64,000 nt of DNA, taken from Phallusia mammillata (Eukaryota). The position numbers were made by a program, and so were the translations under genes. Positions 1 to 11,491 of this stretch are shown piece by piece; position 1 is the first letter of the stretch; every line of letters starts with the position of its first letter. The notes under the pieces were generated by a model. The model ran no database searches. It was given only the letters and a program-made list of their open reading frames with translations, and was not told the origin of the DNA. The DNA is taken from the NCBI GenBank assembly GCA_965637545.1, contig OZ281501.1:12276001-12340000 (forward strand), written 5' to 3'.

Positions 1-147
1 AACTCATATACAATGCTGAAAGTTTTCAAAGATCATGCTTTAAATATCCTTGTACTTTTGCCCTTCATTTTGTTGTCATAAGTCAGCTTTTTAGTATGCG
101 ATTTTGTATTTTCTAAAAACCGGAAGCATAATTCAAATCTCTTGTAG

Positions 148-3100
148 TTCCCATGGCAACTGACGTTTCGCACGCGAACAAGGTGAAACCAGCTTCTCTA
201 CCGCCAGTGAGCATTTCACTTACACCGCAAATTATCTTACGTACTGATGAGAAGAAGAAGGAGGAACGAAAGAAAGTCCATCTTTCTACCAAAGAAAGGT
301 AAGCAAAATATTTGCACAAAAATCCAACACAGCTGACCTGGGATTTTCCACCAATCAGTATTTTTGCCGGATTGGCCATAAGTCAAGCTTACTTTGATTG
401 TTGAAAATATGGTTCTTTGTATATTTCAATTGTCAAACTTATTGTTGACGATCGCTATAACATGCGTTTTACATTGTTTTCCCTGAACAGTCCAGTGTCA
501 AGTTCTGGTGGTGAATCAAGTCCCAGAAGCGCTTCACGCAAAACACGAAGATCGGCTGCTTCCCAACGGACAGCCCCAACATCACGGTAAATAAACTGTA
601 TTGTTCTTTAATCGACCAAACAACCAATCAGATGTATGAAGTATATTTTAGTCCATACAATGATAATTTCGAAACAAAATAGTAGCAGGACAAACGAGAC
701 AATACTTGAGCTGTCGTCGTTTTGTTCCGTAACAATAGCAGTAATACTTACTTGACCCAAGTCGGCCCAAACACCGGTTATGCAAAAGCTCTAGCTTAAG
801 GGCCCGTTTTAAGTTACATGTTTCAAACTGACGTGTGGTGGGGAAAAGTAAAATGAATTGGTCTTAAAGACTAGACAACGTGATGACCAATCATATGCTA
901 CATGTGTTTGACGTCAATACTCGACTGCGCGCGTAGTCTTCAAAATGCCTATTAGATACTGTTTTCGTCCCAAAACGAAACACCAACAAAATGCCAAATT
1001 GTGTTCATTTCAGTGCTACGACTGAAACAACAACAAACAAGGCGTCAGCGCGTGTGCCACCTAGCGGCCATAGGAACGTTGCGGCGACACCAAGTCCCGG
1101 AAAACGACCTCCGAGACGTGAAGAAGGGTGGAAAGAAGTTCAATCATCACGAAAATTTCCCAGCAACGCGTAAGTTTCTTTTTCTTCTCGCATAAGTTTT
1201 TCCCTTTTTGGTATGATTTGGGTTTCGTGGTCGGTAAAACTGTTTCTGTCGTGCCTTGCGGCGTGGAAATCGGCTATCTAAAATTAGACTTCGTTCTATC
1301 ATGCTTTCCTATGTCTGAGCAAAACGGCGAGCGCTATGCCCTTGTATGTTGCAAGAGCAAATTTCACATAGCTGATATTTTCACATGTGACTTTACAATA
1401 TTTTGGCCGCTATTTTTCCTACTTTTTCCGTCGCTCGTTTGTTACTATTCAACACTTACACTTCGCTCGTTTCAATTGCAAAAAAAGCTTTTTGTGTTAG
1501 TGTGACGTTGATGCAATGACGTCATAATGTTCATATCGATGACTATAAATTTTAAGATATGTGTTTTTTTGCTTAAACAAATCAAAATTTGTGCCCCGAA
1601 ATGCTTGAAAACCTTAGAATAAGAATGAAAACCTTAGTGTTTTTTTTAGGTTTTGAGGTATCGGCATTGTTTGCTCACTTCTTTCTGGTTCTTGTTTTCT
1701 ACAGGGCTAAGCGAATTATGGTGTCATCCAACCTTATCTCGCGGGTGATTGGTCGAGGCGGAAGCAACATCAATGCGATTCGCGAAGTGACAGCTGCTCA
1801 TATCGACATCGATAAACAAAGGAAGGGAGGATTGGAACGAACCGTCACCATTAAGTAAGTGACCGATCCTTTAATGCAGTCTGAACTAAAATATGCATCA
1901 GAAACTTCTTGTAAGGTTTGCTGTAACGAATTCGTCCATAAATGTTTAGAACCACTGCCCTAAACTTTATGCCACAAAACCTAATATTGTTTGCCTTCAA
2001 ATGGCACCAATGCTTTAACCTAAACAACACTTACATCTTGCAGGGGGTCGGCGGATTCGATTAAACACGCTTACCAGCTTATCACAGCCCTGATCAAGGA
2101 AGATCGCACCGACCAAGAAATCACTTCCATCATTTCCAAGGTCCAGGCACAAGCTGCACAGAACGCAGCAGCCAAGCAACCCGTGCAAAAGCCTCCTATG
2201 ACTGTAGTAGCAGCACCCATTCCCACTAAACCAGCCTGGACCGTTCCCCCGTCTATCGTCGCCCAAGCCTCCAGCCAGGTTATATGTGTTTTCATATGCA
2301 TTGTATCAAAAAGCGTTATGTATTTCTTTTAGCATTCTTGAATACTAGACTTTGAATTAGCCAAATCCTATATCGCTGCTATATTATTTTGTAAACTTTA
2401 TCGGAATTTTGTCAATTTAATATAAAATATATTTAGTTTTACATTATTGCACATAAATCGAAAGTATATTTATTTTTGACTGTTAGTTATCCAATTAGTC
2501 ACGATAACTTTTTGCATTTAGTTGCATAACTGTCTGAGATGTATTTTGCAATGCTGCGTGCTTTTCGGCTGACCTCGTTAAAAGCGCGGCTGCAAAAATC
2601 GATAACGAGTTTTGCAAACTGCGCTAAAATTAGCAAACCGGTTTAAGGAAACACGAAACTGGAAAGCGGATTGCGTTCCGTGTCTCGAAACTGCCTCTAG
2701 TCCAAAACACACAGCATGCCTTTGCGGTTCCGGTTTCTAAATGAATGCCGCAATAACTTTGCACTTGCATTCACAGTCGCGTCAACCGGCACCAACTTCA
2801 TCGGTTAAACCAGCTGCATGGTCAACCACAGCCCTTGCAACCAGTGCAACAACTGCTACGACCAGCTCATCGAATCAGAACAAATGGTCGATTCCTTCCA
2901 CTACGGCGACTACAACCACCAGTAAGTTACTATGTAAGATTGGAAAACCACAGTTGAAAAAGAGGAACTATGAAGTGCAGGTTTCATTACACAAACTTTT
3001 CAAATTTAACATTTCAGTGAAACGCTTAAACAATAAAGCATGCCGCTTTTTACATCTTTTTGGGCCGTTGTTTTTATCATACAACATTTCAGTGTTATGT

Positions 3101-6100
3101 GCAATCAATAATGCCACATTTATTGGAATTTTGGCTTTAGGTGCTACTTTATTTGTCGTTTTAATTGTGATTTATATAAATTAGTTATAACGAAAATATG
3201 TGTTAAAAATAAATACTTTGTTTGTGTTTTATCGAAGACGTCGCCACCGTTAGCAGCCCACCCACTGTTGAATCTGTGAAGAAAGTGCTCTTTGTTACGT
3301 CACAGTCGGTTGCTTCTAGCGCCCCTAGTGTCCCAACAGTGTCGTTCCCTAAAACATCAGGTAATAATTTTGTGTTTTTCTTAAGTTTTTGTCACGAGTT
3401 TCAACCTAAATGAACCGTGTGCTTTGATGAAATTTTACTGAGTCTGCATGTTTTAATCTACAGACAAACCTGCGACAAAACCAATACAACCTGTGGCACC
3501 AATGGTTTCCACTAAGGTGACGCCATCAGCACCTATGTCACGTGCCCCTGTGACATCATTTGGACCAGTGGGATCTGGTGTACCAACCATCCACCAACAA
3601 GTACATCCTAGCATGGCCCCAACCCAAGGTCAAATGCCCCCGAGTCCTCTGACCACTGCCCTGTCCAATGCAAGTCTTTGTCAGAACATGGGTGTCGCTG
3701 AACCCCTATCTCCGGGGGAAATCACCTCACCTACCGAAAACCCAGTTATGCGCATGACCGCCCAAGGTGCCCTAAGCCCACCCCAACCACCTTCGTCCAG
3801 TGTGGGTATGCAGCACACCGTTTCCATGACCCCCACGCAGAATAGGGTAACCCCCGGTCCAACGGGAGTCGCCCCACTCAACAGCCGCACCCCTGTGCAT
3901 GGAACAAACCCGAACGCTTACGTAAATAGCAACAATGTTTCAAGTAAGTATTATCTTGATTGTCATTAGTTTGTTACTTTTTTGACTGAATGATGTTTTT
4001 AGCAGGTATTGGTTCCTCCTTTAGCCAAATCATGTCTGGCCCCGCCCCCATGTCCACGCCCTCTTTCTCTCCCTTTAGTAACTCGTTCACACCATCTGCT
4101 GGTTCCACTGCCCTTTGGAACAACGATTCTGCGTCAGGTAAAGACAACGTCATAAAACGATTAAAGTGCTTCGCAAATATTTTACCTTGCCCACATCTGC
4201 AGGTTCCCCGTATCAAACACCAGCGCCCCCAAGTGGCATGTCCCAGATGCCGGATGAGCCTGTGCGAAGTCACGTGGACCAGTCAAAGGCTCCTGGTTAC
4301 CGTGGCAACATGAAGTCCCCGATCATCGAGAACGGAGTGATTGGTGGTGGTTCCGTGTCTAGTGAGTAAAACATTCAGTTAAATCTTTTGGTATAACGAA
4401 ACCTTCCATAAAACAAGCAACAATATTGTTGTGTAGCCAATACGAGCGATCTGCTATTGGTTTTAATATAACCTACCAAATATACTTAACAGCTGCATCA
4501 AACATGGAGAATGCATCCCCGGTTGGTTCCCAACATGGTTCACCATCCAATAACGCTAATGATGGAGATCTGCCCAACAAACCAAGACCAATTGGAACAG
4601 TAAGTTCGTATAGTAGTTTGTGTGGTAACAGACGGTGTAAGGATATATTCTTTGCTGTATAGGAACGCGCACACAACCGAAAGACAAACCCACCGTTACC
4701 ATTGACAACAGTGGTTGGCCAACCAGCGACCAACATCTGGTCATATGACAAACTGCCACCTGCGCATCTCGGAATGGATTCGCTTGATCAAAATAAATGT
4801 AAGTTCTTGTTTATAGGTTTAAGGTTTAAAAGTTTTGTTGCGCTTGTAAGTAGGATGTTAATCATTGGAAAATTTGTATTGTTTGTCGATAAACGTTGTG
4901 TTGCTTAGATCCGAATTGGTCAACTGTCATTCCCTCGGTACAACTGAAAGACGCTACTGTCACCACTTCCACTGCCAACCGACCACAGGTACGTCTTTAT
5001 TATCCTTCAAATAAATTATCTTTTCTAGATTTCGTTGGCCAGGTTTTACCCAAAAAGTGATTACTATAAACCTGAAACAGTTTTGTTATTTAACGAATCT
5101 CCCGCAGACAATACTATCAACCTTAACGCATGCGTCTCGCCAGAAACAGTTTTTGAATCGGATTTATTTTGAAGGTGACAACATCGGAAGCAGAATCGTT
5201 AAAATCCAACAACATCATTGAACAACAAAATCCTGTGCAAGCGAATGTCATCAACCGACCTTTCCCTAACGCTGTGCCCTCGATGGGAGTGCCGGGTCGT
5301 ATGCCTCCAACCACTAATCGTTTTTCCCAGCCTTCCAACGCTGGACGCGTGGCACCACAGGCCCCAATAGGGAGCCATTTGGGTGGAAGTAGTAGTGTAG
5401 GTGTGGTTGGACCCCAACAACACAACAGTAACCTGCAGCCGATTGGTTCACACCTCGGAGGAGCTGGTCATATGCGAAACAACGCTTCCTTTCAACCGGT
5501 AGGAAATTATAACTGTGCTGCTTAGTATGACTGTGTTTTCATATTAACACCGACTTTGCGCAATACTAAAGTACTTCGTTTGCAAGAACTTTAAGGTTTT
5601 CTGTGTAGCGTTTTTGAAACGGCGTTAATGCAAGGGCCATTGTATGTTCGTATTATGGCGCTGCAGCTTTACAAATCTAACGCCAATATTATTGCGGGAT
5701 TCCAAGGCGGCAAACTTATAGTGGTTGTCTTCTATTTCACCCTCTCAACAAATGTTATGTAACAGCCAAAAAATATTTGTTGTAACGGTTACTAAGTGCC
5801 AATAATTTTAACCAAACGAGTTCGGAAAAAGCCAATATATTTGTAAAAAACATTACGTTTCGACACTTGTGTCGTTCTCAAACTCTTTAAAGGTTTTGTG
5901 TTTTCCAAACTAATAACATTTTTAAATTCTGCTACCAAGATCCAACGCAACTTTCCGTCGAATCAACTGCAAACCCGCTATCCGATGGCACCGTACTACA
6001 TGCAGAACGACGTGTCGCGATATGTGCAGGGGATTGGCTCTGACATGACCTGGCAGCAGCAACAACAACAGCAACACGCCCAACAACAACAACAACAACA

Positions 6101-9100
6101 ACAACAACAGCAACAACAGCAGCAGCAACAACAACAGTCCCTGTACCAACGCCAGCCTCCTCAGCTTTACCAACAAAAAGTAAGATATTTTGACATAAAT
6201 TGGCTAGTGACAACAGCAAATGCATAAAAGTCTATTTTTTAATTGCCGAAGAATTCTTGTCTTGATAAATGTGGGAGTAAAACACAGCTAAATTGCGTCC
6301 TCAAATTGTGTCAATTTTAGACTAAGGTATGCGTCTATTGATTTCCAGTGATTGTGATATAGCAAAAAAGGTGTTAGTCACACTGTTCGATATTACGTAA
6401 AAACCTTGGAAAATTTTTGCTAAAAGTATCTCACGTTACTAAAATTTGTACAAAAATCAATCCAAGAGTGCGACATTTCGATAAGTCTGTGACCCAAGAT
6501 CGACCTTTTGCTTACTAGGAAAACCACGCAGCGTGATGTCAGCATGTTTTGCCCTGTAGACACCGAAACAGGCTTCAGGCGCTCCAAGTGTTTCGTTGCC
6601 TTGTCGGTCAAAGTTTCTAACACTTTACGGGCCAACTGTTCAAAGGTCTTATGAAAACCGTTATTTTTATCTTGCATAGTGGTTTTGTGTTGTCAAACTT
6701 GTAAAAGATATTTATTCTGAGTTCAATAAACGCTAAAAATAACAACACGGTGTCTGTTGGGATCACGTACGTTTCACTTTAATAATTTGTTTTTTTCCTA
6801 AGTTTCATTCGAAAATGACACCTCTCCGGTAAAACTGTTTTTCAAGGGATAATCGACCTGCATCTTGCGCTCAAAACTGGCGCTGCGCACGTTGCGGTTT
6901 GGAGTGGGCCTTCCAATTTTCCGCTTACCGGTTTTGAATGACGATAAACATTTGCCTGAAGCATGACCAAATGTCACGTACAATGGTATTTGAAAAGTTT
7001 TGAACTTTTCAACGTCCCAAAAAGATTTTTACAATTCCCGACCTTTACAGGTCATTCCACTTAACAAACATTTTAAGTTTGTCAGTAAGATATTTATAAG
7101 TTCAACGATATTGCACATTTTTTTGCCAAAGGGTATATAGAAGTGGTTTCCAGCGCCGTTTTTCACTGGTTTTGATTGAAGCATTTTTGATTCATGTGTG
7201 TTTTGTTGTATGAGATTGTAAAATGGACGCGATTTTAAAATGATAAGACAATAATGCGTTTCGTTTCGTCCCATCCCTGTTTCGTCCCCAATGAAATTAT
7301 GTTCTATACTTGCGGAAAAGACGATTTTGTCTTTTAAGTAAAAGGAGACCAAGGAATGGTTAAACGTTTTCGCCCTTTTTATTACTAATAAGTTATGTCC
7401 TTAATGAAAAGGAAAACTTGACTAATGTCTCTAGTTTTTCGTTTGATTATGTCATATTGACACACAAAAATCAGACACATATTCTTACAAATATTGTGAC
7501 TGAATTCGTTACTGGTGTAGCGCTACTATTTCTGCGCCTAAGGTTCAGGACGCTGCTCTAACGGCTAACCGGTAAAACCAATAACTAGACCGCGCGCTAC
7601 TCTTAATTCTTTTGCAAAACAGTAACAAAATATGCAATATATCCTTTGTTCTTATTATAAAAGCGGAGTAAAATAAGCACGGTTCTCGACAACACAATCG
7701 GGCCAACGTAGCACTTAAAAACACGATGTAAAAACGGACAAATAGATAAAAGATCTCACAAGCCAAGAAGCACGTTCTACCAAGGCCGACCAACCAAGTC
7801 TCCCCGATCACATTTTCACCGCCCTCACGTTAGGGAGCACGCCATGAGGAAAAAAACAGCAGTTATTCTTGGGGCAAATTAAGCAAAGTCCCGAGGATGT
7901 CTGTAATTAGGGACACGCGCAGGAATGCCAAGGCAACACGGACGGTTGCGTCCGAAACGCAAAAATGGAAAACAATAAAAATAAAAGATAACATACAGTG
8001 ACGAAGCAATTAACAAAGTTAGTGTTAACACAGTGAGGAAATAACTAAATAAACAACGGTGATAATATTAGCAACACATGGAACTGAATATCATATGGTG
8101 AAATTGCTGTGCAATAGACAAATAAATAATATTATGGAAAACGAACAACATATTGTGACAAAAGAACAAACGAAACGAGTGACAAAACAGTGCAATAAAG
8201 AAATTGATAATATTATTCGTAACACACACCCCTTCCCGCGTCGTTGCACTCCCGGGCAACAAAACACTGTTTCGTACAATGTGTTCTTTGCGTGCGTGCC
8301 CTAAGACGACTCGCACCAGGGACGTCATCAGGCGAATTGTCACCGAACTTTATCGGTATGTCACCTTGTGCTTCTCCTCGGCAGCGTTACGGAGCACGGT
8401 ACGATAGGCGAGGCGATCCTTTGCTCTACCGGTTTGTGTCGGTCCCGTCCATCGTCGTCCTCCCACTTGGCACTGCTGGACACCAGTCTATTAAAATGGA
8501 CCGTTTCCTGTCGGCCAGCGGCGTCTTCGATGACGTAGTGCGCTAGTGGATTGACGTCGGTAACGCGAAAGGGACCTTTCAATGACATATGGACCTTGCG
8601 CCGAGCCCCGACTGGTACAGCAGGATTTCTTAACCACACCACGTCGCCAACCCTATGTGGTTCAACTCTGCACCGGTGTTCCGGGTTACCGTTTGTGACT
8701 TGATTGGTTTCGGGCCGGTAAAGCGTCTCACTAATGCTGCCCTTTTCCGGGCCGTACTGATGATTTGACTTCGTGTTCTTCGGCTTTTTTCCTACCCGGG
8801 ACCACGTTGCACGGCGCCTCGTCGTGCTTCGAACAACTGAGACAAATTCTTTGCTTGTTTGTCTGCACAGCCTCGCCAATGTACAATTTCGAACCAGATG
8901 TCTTTGCGAACCACATGCAAAACATTTACGTATGGTAGGCCTACCGTTGCTTGTTGGTGCAGTGCGATTGTACCCTTTAGCTTTCGTACATACGTCGCCT
9001 CGAAACTGGTAAATGTCCGAGCGCATGACGTCTAACTCGCGTCTGAACGACGACATACACTGCTGGAGGTTGGCGTCAATCCGCTGAAGAGTATCTCGGA

Positions 9101-11491
9101 CCTCGTGGATCTCCTGTCGCTTTTCCAACCCTGAAACTGGAAAACACACCAAAGGGTCGCTGGCCCCTGCACGTATGACCATCTTAGCTGAGGCGACAAA
9201 TTCTCGAGTCTTTACGTTGCGCACTACATCAGTTGCCAAACTCCGGTCAGATAGACCCTTGGCGAGCGCCAAAAACAGCACTTCGTTCTTATCGTTGGCA
9301 TCTTCTGCCTTTGGGTACCCTCTACCGGCCAGGGATTGGAGCGCATATACAAAGGCACTTGGGGATTCGTTCGTTTGTTGAACCCTGTCCATAAGCTCGT
9401 GGCGCAGTACGTGGGTGTAGTTAAACTCATGTTCCTTTGCTTTGGATACCAACTCGTCGAAAGAGTACTTATATACGTTAGCGCCATCGGTCAAGTCCCA
9501 CAAAAAATTTTTGTCGACGTGCGTAAGCAACAAATGTTTTTTCACTTCTTCAGTCGCTTTCACGCTTGCACAGACGGAATTAAAAACTTCAATAAAACTA
9601 TTAAAATCATCACCGATCACGAATCGGGGCAGGTTCATACACACGTTTAAAGCCATTGGAGTAAAATCAACTTACTTGGTCGGCAGTAAGCGCGCGGTCG
9701 TGCGCGGCTGCAGCGTCCTGGCGTGCTCGCCAATTTGTAACACTGGCATACAAAGCATTAAATAAAATGACATCGCCACTATCTAACATACTTTTTCGGG
9801 ACCCATATGTTTCTGAATTTTGTGGTTATTAATGTCTGTGAAAGTATGCTCCTATGAAAGATCCCCACTCTAATTAAAGAAAACTAGTTAAAAAATTATT
9901 TATTCAGCCATAGTTCGTGTGCAACGACACAGAAAAGTCACCCTTGTATTCTGTTTTCTCGGTAAGTAAGATCAAAGCAATTTCCTAATACCCGAAATTC
10001 AATTAACGCTGAGTCATGGTTTGCTTACGCTGAAGTTTCGCTGTGGAACTGCGTTTCGAAATCCTTGGGTAAAAGTGTTTTAGTTTCTGGTGGTCCGCCG
10101 TACCTCGGTATTCGTTCTATGCGTCAAGAGTAGCGATCCGTGCTTGTTTCTAACATGGTGCAATATCCTTAACTTCTTGTGAAATTTTATGCCGTTTCAG
10201 CAAGTAGTGGTCGTGCCTTGACAGCATTGGGTACAGCCGGAATTGGCAGCAAGTTATATAGCGCAAATTAGCGTCTTGCTATATTGGTTGGCTGCCTCGT
10301 ATCAGCGAAACCGGATTCGCTGTAATTATATTTGAACGCTGTCATCCGTTTCCTTACCAAAAAAGTTCCCGACCCCGATCCCCGAAAAAACTTTTGGTAA
10401 AATGCAAAAAAGATTCCCTCTATTTTAGGCAAATTCGCAAACAATCTCAACGTAGCGTGTGCAAAAATTAAATATTTTTATTGTAATTAAGCTATACACT
10501 CTTTTCAGCAGGAACTGCACAGCAATGCGGGTCTTTACGGTTCAATCCCCTCACCCTTTCCCACACAAAGCGGCGGGGACAGTAACCAGGGTCTGATGCA
10601 GCAGCAACATGGCTTCCCAGGGTCCGGTCATCACCAACAACAGCAGCAGCATCCTCACCAACTTGCCGACCTAAATTCCTACCCACTGCATTCCGACAAC
10701 CAAGGGCAGTTTGTAAATGATGGTATGACCCCGTATTTTGACGGCAGTGCAGGTAGCGAGTATATGATGCGAGGTGTGATGACCAACAACTACGGGAGCC
10801 CGGCTGCTGCTTCTGCTGGGTGGGATCAGAGCGGAGGTGTTTGTCAACCCGGTGGTTACCCGCAGATAAATGGCGGTAAGTAATTAGGGTAACTGCGAAT
10901 TTTAATCACGCACTGCATTAGTTAGGACCACATTTTTGCTTGTTTCCGACTCTTTTTTCCCACGCCTTACCTATTTACCAAACAACCATACGACCCTTAA
11001 ATAGGATTTTTCTTTGCTAAAAATTGTGACCAAGCATTGATATGATGTGTACCAATAAATACCAAAGCAAATGAACATGTACGTGTTTGCACTTTCAGGT
11101 GACGCTCGAACGATGATCAGTGGACAAAATGGCTTGGATGATGCGCAGGTAAACTAAACATAAACAAAAAGTATACGGCTCTATTGGGCGCAAATTTAAC
11201 GGCCCTTTTCTTGCATTGTGTATAAGAACCAACGTTTGAATTTAAATTTTTACACAAGCCCTGATTTGAACACGCAGCAAACCGGAATTAATTGTTTTCA
11301 TTCGTTTGTGGTTTTATTCAAGCTGTTTTTTGTGCTACATACTTAGCAATTCTTTCTTGTAAACTAGGTTAATGTGGAAATTATTTGTCAAATTAAAGAA
11401 CGCTAGTTTTGAGATAGAAACGTTTAAGATTTAATAAACAAAAAAGTAACTAAGTATAAATATGTATTTGCAGAATTGGAAGGACTGGTAG
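148..11491 (+). CDS. ANKHD1: 3' portion (5' end outside window) of ankyrin-repeat and KH-domain protein ANKHD1/ANKRD17 (Mask); about 17 short exons
   Basis: Manually spliced GT-AG exons (148-298, 491-586, 1014-1169, 1705-1854, 2044-2278, 2777-2921, 3238-3360, 3464-3943 ... 5940-6179, ~10508-10876, ~11099-11148, 11474-11491) give REEGWKEV...MVSSNLISRVIGRGGSNINAIREVTAAHIDIDKQRKGGLERTVTIKGSADSIKHAYQLITALI. This is a type I KH domain preceded by the EEGWKEV motif I recall from ANKHD1/ANKRD17/Mask, followed by a P/S/T/Q-rich tail. The last exon (NWKDW*) is the least certain. ANKHD1 versus ANKRD17 cannot be resolved (probably a single invertebrate co-ortholog). Confidence 0.88.
6054..6137 (+). repeat. 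CAA/CAG polyglutamine tract (Q7-H-A-Q19) in an ANKHD1-like exon
   Basis: 84 nt of mostly CAA codons, in frame with the exon IQRNFPSN...MTWQQQ. Confidence 0.9.
7516..8237 (-). repeat. Putative single 3' LTR (7516-8224) with polypurine tract (8225-8237) of the gypsy element
   Basis: Minus strand GGGAAGGGGTGTG followed by TGTTACG... An alternative PPT/LTR start is GAGGGCGGTGAAAA followed by TGTGATC at 7812, which would give a 297-bp LTR. There is no second copy in the window to confirm either. Confidence 0.5.
8361..9656 (-). CDS. 431-aa gypsy Gag (CCHC zinc knuckle) fused in frame to the C-terminal GPY/F tail of integrase; no protease, RT, RNase H or integrase core
   Basis: ORF track: Gag-like helical region (ELMDRVQQTNESPSAFVYALQSLAGRGYP), knuckle CFACGSQRHLVRNC, then VGDVVWLRNP...RKVHMSLKGPFRV...YVIEDAAGRQETVHFNRL, typical of gypsy integrase C-termini. 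Confidence 0.8.
   Translation of the reverse strand: MALNVCMNLPRFVIGDDFNSFIEVFNSVCASVKATEEVKKHLLLTHVDKNFLWDLTDGANVYKYSFDELVSKAKEHEFNYTHVLRHELMDRVQQTNESPSAFVYALQSLAGRGYPKAEDANDKNEVLFLALAKGLSDRSLATDVVRNVKTREFVASAKMVIRAGASDPLVCFPVSGLEKRQEIHEVRDTLQRIDANLQQCMSSFRRELDVMRSDIYQFRGDVCTKAKGYNRTAPTSNGRPTIRKCFACGSQRHLVRNCTLARLCRQTSKEFVSVVRSTTRRRATWSRVGKKPKNTKSNHQYGPEKGSISETLYRPETNQVTNGNPEHRCRVEPHRVGDVVWLRNPAVPVGARRKVHMSLKGPFRVTDVNPLAHYVIEDAAGRQETVHFNRLVSSSAKWEDDDGRDRHKPVEQRIASPIVPCSVTLPRRSTR
9716..9732 (-). promoter_or_regulatory. Primer-binding site, probably tRNA-Arg
   Basis: Minus strand TGGCGAGCACGCCAGGA lies 3 nt after TGTTACA. It matches 15 of 17 positions of the tRNA-Arg(ACG)-type PBS TGGCGAGCCAGCCAGGA as I recall it. 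Confidence 0.75.

Larger units (their letters stand above)
7516..9742 (-). mobile_element. Internally deleted, non-autonomous Ty3/gypsy-type LTR element, antisense in an ANKHD1 intron
   Basis: Minus strand reads TGTTACA-AAT-PBS-gag ORF-PPT-putative LTR ending ...GCGCTACA. It is flanked by the 4-bp direct repeat CTGG (7512-7515 and 9743-9746). The boundaries rest on TG..CA ends plus a 4-bp TSD only. Confidence 0.7.

Noticed and set aside
5922-6225. Poly-Leu and poly-Val membrane-like ORFs on the minus strand
   Set aside because: Antisense readings of the CAA/CAG polyQ tract.
6420-7352. Three minus-strand ORFs in the ANKHD1 intron suggesting a nested gene
   Set aside because: I could not connect them by convincing splice sites and recognised no homology; left unannotated.
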